Source: Podarcis liolepis (lineage: Eukaryota). Taken from it: 64,000 nucleotides of DNA. The stretch is from the NCBI GenBank assembly GCA_965112155.1, contig OZ218101.1, one strand, 5' to 3'. The notes under the pieces were generated by a model. It was not told where the DNA came from. It saw only the letters and a program-made list of their open reading frames with translations, and searched no databases. The translations under genes were made by a program, and so were the position numbers. Of the stretch, positions 11,824 through 20,558 are shown piece after piece (position 1 is the first letter of the stretch; each line of letters begins with the position of its first letter).

Positions 11824-14277
11824 TCAGCGTTTGGATTCTTTCTGGTTCCTGGTTTCCTGATTGGTAAGCGTCACCTTCAGCGGATTATCGGGGTCAACAG
11901 TTACCCTCCAGTCCTGCGGGGCTTTCTTGACCCTGTGATAGTGAGTCCACCCGTGCTCCCTGGTCCTTACTGCAGACTCGGTGGTCAGCAATACCTGGAA
12001 CGGACCTTCCCAAGCAGGGTGCAATTTCTCCGCTTTCCACGCTTTTATCAGGACCCGGTCACCGGGCTGGAATGTATGCTGATGTTCTAGGAGAGGAGGA
12101 TGCTGGACCAAAACACCACGTCTATGGAGAGATAACAAAGACTGGGAGAGTGACTGTAAATATTTTCTTAGGAACAGATCCCTAAATTCTACGAGAGGCT
12201 GTCCCAGCTGGGCCAGGTAGGGTCTCCCTGTCATCAATTCAAAAGGAGAAACTCCCAGGTCCTTTCTCGGCGCCACCCGCATTCTTAATAAAGCCAGTGG
12301 AAGGTTCTTTGTCCAGGGCAACCCATTCTCCAGATATAGTTTAGTCAAGTGCTTTTTAATCTCTGCGTTCGCCCTCTCTACCTTGCCACTACTTTCAGGG
12401 TGCCACGGTGTGTGCAGGTCCCACTTAATTCCCAAGGCTGCCATCACTTCCTGTAAAATCCTTTGAGTGAAGTGGGTGCCTCTATCCGAGTCGATGGCCT
12501 CAATTACACCGTACCGGGGGACTATATGTTCTAAGATGGCTTTAGTCACCACTTGTGCCGTTGCCTTCCTGCTAGGGAAGGCTTCCACCCACCCTGTAAG
12601 ATGATCTTTAAATACCAGCAAATATTTCTGCCCCCCTCTCTCTGGTAGTTCTGTGAAGTCCACCTGTATCCTCTGGAACGGCCAGACTGCGAGGGGTCTT
12701 CCCCCTTTTTCAGTTTTCTTTGCTCTCGTCTTATTTACTTTCTGACAAATTAAACATTTCCAAGCTATCGAATGAGCCATGGGCCACATGTCCTTGCTCC
12801 AATACAGGGGTTTTACCATATTAATCATCGCCTCCGTCCCGAAGTGCCCACTTTCATGTACCTTTTCTAGGATCCCCATCATCGTAGCTTTAGGTATTGC
12901 CATTTGCCCGGTTGGGGTCTCCCAATCACCATTCCTATGTTCCCATCCCTCCTTTCTCATGTAGTCTAATTCTTGAGAGGTAAAAACCAGGTCTCCTGTG
13001 TCTTCTTTAATCAGGACCGGTACCTTCAAACTATATTGCTGGGTTAGTGTGGCGCTAGGGGTATCCCTGGCGGCTTCTTTCGCCCTCAAATCAGCCCACC
13101 TATTTCCCACTTCCGCGGGGCTCATTCCCCTGGTGTGAGCCGGGACGTGGACTACTGCCACCTTTTCTGGTTCCGTGAGGGCGTCTAGTAATCTTTCTAG
13201 TAATGCCATGTGCTCGATTTGTTTTCCATCCGCCTTAATGTACCCTCTGTCTCTCCAAGTTCTACCAAAGGTATGTACCACCCCCCATGCGTAGCGAGAG
13301 TCTGTCCATATAGTCACCTCTAGGCCTCTAGCTAACTCAAGGGCTCGTGTCAGAGCCATGATTTCACATTTCTGAGCCGACCAAGTCGCCGGCAAAGCTC
13401 CACTCTCAAGCACCTCCCCGTCCTCCTTAACTACAGCGTATCCTGACTTTCTTTTCCCCTCTTCAACATAACTAGAACCATCAGTGTACCACCTTTTCCC
13501 CCCCACCAGGGGCATTTCTGACAGATCCTCCCGGACCTTGGACATTAATTGTATAGTACCCATACAGTCATGTTCATCTGGCTCCCACTCTTTTCTCTCT
13601 CCGATCAGAAACTCAGCTGGGTTTAAATTTCGGTCAGTCCCCAAGGTGATGTTGGGGCTTGTTCGTAATATGGTTTCATATTTCACCAAACGACCATCCG
13701 TCATCCATGTGGAGGCCGCCCCAGTCATTATGGTGGATATCTGGTGGGGGCTATGAACTATCAGCGCTCCTCCAAAAGTTAATTTTCTACTCTCAACCAC
13801 CAGTTCAGCTGCAGCTGCCACTGCCTGGATACAAGTGGGCCAGGCTCGTACCACCGGTTCCAAGGTTTTACTGAGGTAGGCAACCGGCTGATATCGCCCC
13901 CCTCTCTTTTGGGCTAAAACCCCCACAGCCGTCTGGGAACTGATCGTCACATATAAGTGGAACGGTTGCTGGAGATTGGGCAATGCCAAAACCGGGGCCC
14001 CGATCAGTGTTCTTTTTATCTCCTCCCATTTTAATTTGTCCTCCTGTTTCCACGTTACCTTTTCGTCCCCAACAAGTTTTTGATTCAAGAACTGAACCAA
14101 TTTTGCGCATTGATCTATCCACAGCCTACAATACCCCAGCAACCCTAACATCCTTCTTACGTCTGTTTTATTCTTAGGGGGTTGCAATTCCAAAATTCCC
14201 TTCACTCTCTTTGTGCCCCCCAATGCATAGCTGTATAAAAGAACTGTGCTTGCATGTGACAAATTGCCAAGCCACAT
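11824..14277 (-). CDS. pol: N-terminally truncated Pol (RT thumb/connection, RNase H, integrase), 817-aa open frame
   Basis: LGLLGYCRLWI (thumb); WYTDGSS/AQKCE/WTDSRYA/HVPAH/GNRWAD (RNase H); HESGH..CLIC (HHCC); QVDFT/DSDRG/KVERAN (DDE); WEGPF. No YxDD palm. The first ~20 aa are non-viral. Confidence 0.93.
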   Translation of the reverse strand: MWLGNLSHASTVLLYSYALGGTKRVKGILELQPPKNKTDVRRMLGLLGYCRLWIDQCAKLVQFLNQKLVGDEKVTWKQEDKLKWEEIKRTLIGAPVLALPNLQQPFHLYVTISSQTAVGVLAQKRGGRYQPVAYLSKTLEPVVRAWPTCIQAVAAAAELVVESRKLTFGGALIVHSPHQISTIMTGAASTWMTDGRLVKYETILRTSPNITLGTDRNLNPAEFLIGERKEWEPDEHDCMGTIQLMSKVREDLSEMPLVGGKRWYTDGSSYVEEGKRKSGYAVVKEDGEVLESGALPATWSAQKCEIMALTRALELARGLEVTIWTDSRYAWGVVHTFGRTWRDRGYIKADGKQIEHMALLERLLDALTEPEKVAVVHVPAHTRGMSPAEVGNRWADLRAKEAARDTPSATLTQQYSLKVPVLIKEDTGDLVFTSQELDYMRKEGWEHRNGDWETPTGQMAIPKATMMGILEKVHESGHFGTEAMINMVKPLYWSKDMWPMAHSIAWKCLICQKVNKTRAKKTEKGGRPLAVWPFQRIQVDFTELPERGGQKYLLVFKDHLTGWVEAFPSRKATAQVVTKAILEHIVPRYGVIEAIDSDRGTHFTQRILQEVMAALGIKWDLHTPWHPESSGKVERANAEIKKHLTKLYLENGLPWTKNLPLALLRMRVAPRKDLGVSPFELMTGRPYLAQLGQPLVEFRDLFLRKYLQSLSQSLLSLHRRGVLVQHPPLLEHQHTFQPGDRVLIKAWKAEKLHPAWEGPFQVLLTTESAVRTREHGWTHYHRVKKAPQDWRVTVDPDNPLKVTLTNQETRNQKESKR

Positions 14278-15390
14278 GAAAAATTAATTTCTCATGGATC
14301 TTTGGCTGCATCTGTTGACCTTTGGTGACTAATGTACCACTTTGGGATTTAGCGCAACATTCCAAGTCCCTGTGCAGTTTTAAAGCTCCAGTTCATATAA
14401 AGACAAAAGGTTTGAAGACTGCCTCCTCTTTCTTTTCTGGAAGTAAATATTCGACTCACATAATAAATATTTGTAGTAGATAAATCATCTGCCTTTTTAA
14501 TCAATAAATTGATTTGCGGATCACTAAACCCTCAATATTTGCACCTCTGAGGAAATAGTAATGAAGCAAGGGATAATTTATAATGTTAAAAACAAAAGCC
14601 TCCACTTTTCTAAAACAAAAATAACATATAGAATAATACAGAATCAATGTAGTGATTAAACAGACTGTGCTATGCAAACCTAGGTGGAAAGAAAGTGCAT
14701 CCTAACATATCCAAATTATTGGATCCTCCCTCAGTTATAGAACATATATTCTCTGTTGTCTGAGAATGAATAATATTAGAACTAACAAAAACAAATTCTA
14801 TGTTTCAGCATTCATAGTTGCTTTTATCACCAGGTGGTGATCTCAAACACTTCATTTTGCAAATGAAGTCTATTGAAATCAAATTTCTGTTTTCTTCAAC
14901 TATGCCTGTTCCAGGCTATGGCAGTATTTATATACAGTGGTACCTTGGGTTACATACGCTTCAGGTTAAGAACAGACCTCTGGAACGAATTAAGTTCCTA
15001 ACCCGAGGTGCCACTGTACTAGTTTTAGACAGCCAGCATGATGCAGTGACTCTAGAGGTGGCTATAGACTGCAACTGACCAGACTCAGGTTCAAATCTCA
15101 CTTGGTGACCTTGAGCAATCCATTCTCTCTTAGGCAGAAATCCTATGCAGAAGAACCCAGCATAAGTTAAGCCTGTGTTAAATAAACTGGCTCCAAATTC
15201 CATTCAGCAGTGGAGCTACCACGGGCTGAGCTGTTCTAAGCCAGGCAGAGGAAAAAAAGAGTATCTAAAATAGAGTTAGAATTACGTCATCCAGTTTGAG
15301 TTACACCACCTGTATTTCTGCCACCTTCATTTATGTCGAGTTTTGAGGTCATGTGACTGAGCTGATCAAGCTCAGGATCCAGCCTTAGTC
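14222..15390. other. Non-retroviral (host-derived) insert replacing most of gag, pro and the RT core
   Basis: AT-rich with no retroviral motifs. Contains a mariner/pogo-type MITE, a SINE-like remnant (~15080-15130) and a segment matching host sequence at 30506-30549. Junctions are approximate. Confidence 0.85.
14935..15016. mobile_element. Short Tc1/mariner-pogo-type MITE inside the proviral insert
   Basis: TA|CAGTGGTACC...GGTGCCACTG|TA. Same family as 58565-58791 and ~60780-60884. Confidence 0.85.
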
Positions 15391-15613
15391 TCCCCCTCAG
15401 GGTTCCAATTATACATTCCATCCGGCCCTATAGGGGGTATTTTGGCCAAACCACCCTACAGAAATTAATCATAGTCACTTTTGACAAGCCTATTGTATAT
15501 TGTCTCGGATAGTCCTCATCCCATTGCATCAGTATTTGTCCTAATGGACTATTAGGATCAATAGGACCCTTCCCATTTGAATCCTTCTGTCGTTTACTCT
15601 GACCCTTACCCAT
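15390..15613 (-). pseudogene. gag: gag 5' remnant (matrix N-terminus), frameshifted and truncated
   Basis: MGKGQSK (myristoylation) ..SPLGQILMQW..FCRVVWPKYP. After a frameshift in a C run it continues IGPDGMYNWNPEG, resembling the gamma-like matrix WPxEG motif, then host sequence. Confidence 0.85.
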
Positions 15614-15885
15614 GGTTTACAATGTCTCCAATTTCACTCACTCACACAATCACACGGAATCGCCTGGCCGCTTCCCTCGCGGGAGAGACGGAACCGCAAG
15701 CTAATCCTCCCGTCAGGGCCGAAACCCTGATCCACACTCACGCGTCCATATGGAGCCTCTCTTTCATCCAAGAGACGAGTCTCTCACCCCCGTCCCACAG
15801 CACAGTTTACAAAGTTCTCATGTCTACTCACCCAATACAGTCCAGCGTCGCTTCTCGCAACTAGTGAACAGGCGGGCGTCCCCGC

Positions 15886-15939
15886 TGGGTGCTCGCGGTC
15901 CCGGACCGCCAATGGGTGCTCGCGGTCCCGGACCGCCAA
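15886..15939 (-). repeat. Exact 27-bp tandem duplication in the proviral leader; each unit holds a GC hairpin
   Basis: TGGGTGCTCGCGGTCCCGGACCGCCAA x2, containing a GCGGTC/GACCGC inverted repeat. Confidence 0.9.
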
Positions 15940-16094
15940 AAATGAGACCTAGTTCTCTCTCTCTATCCCCCTATATCAAGTCCTGTCTTTTAGCCCTCGT
16001 GAACCGTCACGGGTGGACTCCGGCTCGGGTCACTCCGAAAAGACGGAGGGGCGCCTACCCGGATTCCGGGATCCCCCCGAGCAGCCCGTCGAGA

Positions 16095-16113
16095 GCCCCA
16101 CGTTGGGGCGCCA
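16095..16113 (-). promoter_or_regulatory. Primer-binding site, tRNA-Lys(CUU)/Lys1,2 type with one extra C
   Basis: Minus-strand TGGCGCCCCAACGTGGGGC, 5 nt after the 5' LTR. The canonical Lys1,2 PBS is TGGCGCCCAACGTGGGGC. Confidence 0.88.
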
Positions 16114-16118
16114 AAAGT

Positions 16119-16501
16119 TGTGGGAAGTTGTCCGTGGATAGAAACTGACAAAGGACTTCAATATAAGGGTAACCCTTTTATTAGCGCGCTTGCAAAAGCG
16201 GACCCTCCGTACCCGTGGATACGAAGAGCCCCGATCTGGTTTCAGCACCGTAGTTTTATCCCTTACTGCCGCCCCTCTTTTGGAGGCTTGGCTTACAATC
16301 TACCTATCAGAGTTTAACACATTTCTAATACATTGTTCAATCTACTCTATTCATATTTACTCCCTTCTCAGTGTGGGCACCACCCTTTGGCTCTCCCTTT
16401 CTGGCGTACGCGACTGTGTTATCTTGTATACATGTCTAGCTCTCAAGGCTGAGTTTGAGGCACGTCCTTTCTGTATGCTTTCATTGTTTCCCAATCTCAC
16501 A
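16119..16501 (-). repeat. 5' LTR of the provirus (promoter)
   Basis: 383 bp, TG...CA, one mismatch to the 3' LTR, followed by the PBS. TATA-like GATAAAA at 16260-16254. Confidence 0.97.
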
Positions 16502-19500
16502 CTCTTCACGTAACTGTATTTCGAAGTAGCAAATGTCAACACAAACACACACAAACCAATTCTCAGGCTTCCTGCTTGGGTTTCCATTGGGGCTTATATT
16601 TGCTTTAGTATAAATTGATGCTTCAGCTAATCTCTCTGTGTCTTAGGCTCCCCTTTCCCATCTCTGTATCTCAGAGACAGTTCAATACCTGCTGCTTTGC
16701 CAGTCAACAAGTGCTTCTTACTACCATGCACCATCGACTGCTATAGCCTTTGATACGGTTTCCTTCTACAGCAGAGCACATAATTGAAACCAGTTCCCTT
16801 GAAATCTGCTTAGATTTTCGGCAGGCCTGAGAAGAGAGCAGATTTGTAGCTGAATGCTTTCCAAGCAATCTGTTTAGTTCTGCATGTGCTTCAACTCAAT
16901 TTCATGGCAATTTCATAAGGAGGTTGTATTTTAATCCAGTCTGCTGCAGAGCTCGAAGCTGTTCCCCCTTTTCTTTGACTAATAGTTTGAGCATTTTTAT
17001 GCCACATTGGTTAGCAATATGAATTATTGTTCCAGCACATTTTCAATTTGTCTCTAGTTTAAATTATCCTCCAATAGCTCCCCAATTATTTTTTCCCATT
17101 CTAAGTATACAAGTCAGTTTTGTATATAGCTTTCTGCATTTCATTGATGTGTTTTGTTTTTCTATCTTGTCGGCTTTTATTGCCAAGAGCTAATATATCA
17201 AATGCATTCACTTAGTGAAATGAAAGATACTTAAACATACTAGTAGCAGAGCAATCTTTGGCTCTGAGCCACTCAGGTAAGGAAAATATTTCTTGATGAA
17301 AACCAAATGTTGCTAGATATAAGCAGGAGGCCTCAGAAGCACTAGGGCATTCTAATGCAGGCTGCAGCCCTACAAACGCTTATCTGGGAATAAGCTCTGT
17401 TCCAAGTAGGCAGGCATTGGATTACAATGACAGTATCTCTCTCTTAGATTTTTATTTGTGGCTGGCAATAAATAGACAGACACCAGATGGGCATCAGCCA
17501 TATAGTTGTTTTACAGGCAGGTTCTATATCAACAGGCCATGTGGAAAAGCAGGGGGAGATGTTCTTCCCTGAACTTGGCCATGCTGCTTTCTGCTCCCTG
17601 TATGATCTGCTCAAGCCTCAGCATTCGTTCCTGGTGAGAGTATATGACAGTCTGCTTTGGTGCAAGTAAGGTTTCCATTTTCAGCAGTTGCCCTAAAGCT
17701 GTTGTGAGGTCTTCCCAGTGTCCCAGGCATCCGATTACAGGCATAACTAGCGTCACCTCCTGTGTGCCTCTGTCTCCCCTGATTTGTATGCGCTTCTTCC
17801 AAAGTCATGATGGTATTGAATAACATATATGTATATACACCTACACTAGGTGCTTTCTCAAGGCAAAATAAAAAAATGTGCCTGTCTTTGGCCAATCTGG
17901 ACGGCATGTTCTGGCCCCCAACTGGTTAACAGGCAAATGTCTGGGGTAATTCTGAGGCCTGGGTTGACCAGGTGGGTCATCCAGCTCATCAGGCATGACT
18001 GAGCCTGAGCAAGGCCTTCTATAGGCCTCACCAAATCAACCTGCCTGAGTTTAGCGAGACTCCAAAATCCCAGATCTTGTGGGATTTTGCCCTTTTGATT
18101 CTTGCATTGACCAGAAGCTCTCAAACCATCAGAAGATGAACCTCACCCAAGCTGCAAGCCTGCTGGGTGCAGAATGCCACCACACAATGCAGCAATCAGC
18201 TGTGCCCCTTTCTTCTGCCCTACCAACCCATCCCCTCCCCACAGATTAGTTCACAATGTGTGAGAGAGCCCTCCAGTGACTCTTTATCAACTCTGTATCC
18301 TAAACAGCAAAAATTGTAATTAATCTATGATTGGGAACCAGACATTTATAACAATGGGGTTATTACCATAAGTACCCAAGAAAGAACAGAAAACATTGTC
18401 CCATTAGGGAGTTTTTGGAATGAAAATAGAATATTCTGCACAATCTCTATATGACAATTTTAAGACCCATTTATTTAAGTTGAAGAGTTAAGTGCATGCT
18501 TAGATATCTCCCACCAAAATTAAGAATTTGCAGCTGAACCAATGCATATTTACTCAGAAGAAAGTTCCACTTGAGTTCATTGGGCTTACACCTAAGTATG
18601 CATAGTCCTTGAAATGCTTAATTTTTGCAGGATAATGCTACGCTTTATTAGTAGTATCTATATATAATAATTTCATTTACTACCATTCAACAATATTTGG
18701 TCAGAGTTCCTTTTTAAAAAATAGACTAACCTAATAATCATTTAAAAACATTTTTAAAAGGGAAAAAAAGGAAGAGGGGTAAAAGATTAACTAAGAGAGC
18801 AATCCTAACTTGACAGGGTTTGGATTGCGTCTGAAGCCCTGCTGTTCACGCCAACCAGCACTAAAGGAGGGGAGGCAATATTGCCCCTTCCTTTTTTTGC
18901 AGGTCTAGCTCTAGGCTTATCAAAGCCTAGATTGGGTACATTGCTGGTAACTGGTTTGGCTTAGGATCCAGTGGATTCATGGCTGGCCCAGCTCCACCCC
19001 TTCCCTGCCCCTCTCCACCCCAGAAATATCCTGTTCAGAGGGTTTCTGCTGATTACTGCTGGTGAAAGTACCACTTACAGATACAGTGGAGCTTTCCCTC
19101 TCCATGGTGCAGCAAAGCAGAGTTGAGGGGCATTTCTGTCACATCCAAGCTCCTTCCAGCATGGCATCTCTGAGCTCCTTGGCAAAATGGTAGGTTGCAA
19201 GCGTGATAAAAATAGCAAGCACATACATTATTAGATAGGATGCTAAATAAATTACTGCATGTAAAACCTAGACAAGACAGAATATAATCTTGATTCAAGA
19301 AGATTTATTAAAGCTTTCTATAGACATGTTACCAGTATCCATGGGTGATCCTTAGGTTGCATTCTTATTCTAACCAGGGAGAAAGACACAGTGAACTTGG
19401 GCTCGAGGTGGTGAACCTTAGTTCTGAGTTGGCATGTATACAATTGTTCTGTGAAAACTGGTCTTAGTCTCATTTGTGAAATCACCCTCAGTTATAAATA

Positions 19501-19652
19501 GGTTCCAACCTGGCATCGTCTGTCTCAAGAGACAATAGAGTGTGCCTCCACTTGCAGCACTGAAGTGACCTCCCTGTCGCGCAAGTCTTGGCAGTATGTA
19601 TGAAGGTCCTGGGCTGCTCAGATGCCTCACTGATGAGAAGAGCAGGGCAACT

Positions 19653-20502
19653 CATTTGGCACCAGCTGGGCTGCAGGAGTTGCTGGAAGGAGGCATACAA
19701 AGTGCCATTACGGACTCCACTCACTAGCATCCTCTCTACACTGGGACTTCAATGGAAGTGTGAAAAGTATTCTTTAGGCAATCTATGAAACTTGTACATA
19801 TGTTATACAGTTCCTGTTGTTGGCAAGCCCAGACAAGACTCCCCCCCCCTTTGGCCTTGCTGATTTGGTCAAAAGGAAAGCAGAGCAATGTTTGGCACCA
19901 CCTTGGCTACAGGAGTTGCCAGAAGGAGGCATACAAGGCACCATCCCACTGTCTTAGGACTCCACTCTGGATTTGTGTAGTTTACTCCTTTGCCTTTTCC
20001 TCTCCCAAAGATATCCCACAAGGTACTGGAGGTTTAGGATGAGAGTTTTCCTTCTCCTAGATGGGCCACCTTCTCAGGCTGACAAGCCCCATCTGCCCCT
20101 CACTTCCCTCTACAGCATGTGCAGAAACCGCCTTCTTGACTCTTGGACCCACTTATTGGTCTCATCTGCTCAATCTGCTGGAGCCTGTATTTGCATGCAG
20201 GGAAATTCCATAACTCACCAAGGGTTTGAGACTCATTGGCTACCCTCACCTGGTTTAGCTGGCCAGTCATGCTGTTTCCCAGGGTGTGTCACATGCTGAG
20301 AGCTTCTAGGAGCCACAGGTGAGAGCCATGAGACTGCCAAGTTGGATTTGAAAGTGTGGAAGCAATGCCTTCTGTAATTTCAGGAGCTACAGCAATGACA
20401 GAATACAATTCCTGGGGACTGGCTTCATTTTGAATCATTTATTTAGGTCACAAAGCACAACTTTTATATAAAACCACCCTATTATCCTTTGAGAAAGGGT
20501 GG
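19653..20502 (+). repeat. Arm A of an inverted duplication (retroelement-derived pieces, possibly RTE-like 5' region, plus flank)
   Basis: Colinear with the reverse complement of 29118-30043. ORF 19973(+) and ORF 29310(-) translate nearly identically. Confidence 0.85.
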
Positions 20503-20503
20503 C

Positions 20504-20557
<54 letters not shown>
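20504..20557. repeat. (TAAA)n microsatellite
   Basis: Directly visible. Confidence 0.95.

Positions 20558-20558
<1 letters not shown>

Larger units (their letters stand above)
10208..16501 (-). mobile_element. Endogenous retrovirus, class I (gamma-like; ERV3/HERV-I-related env); young, internally rearranged provirus
   Basis: Two 383-bp TG...CA LTRs; 4-bp TSD CTCT at 10204-10207 and 16502-16505; PBS, gag start, pol, env and PPT in the expected order on the minus strand. Confidence 0.97.

Noticed and set aside
15577-16148. Plus-strand ORFs over the proviral leader (repeated GARGPGPP)
   Set aside because: Antisense translation of the GC-rich leader and its 27-bp duplication.
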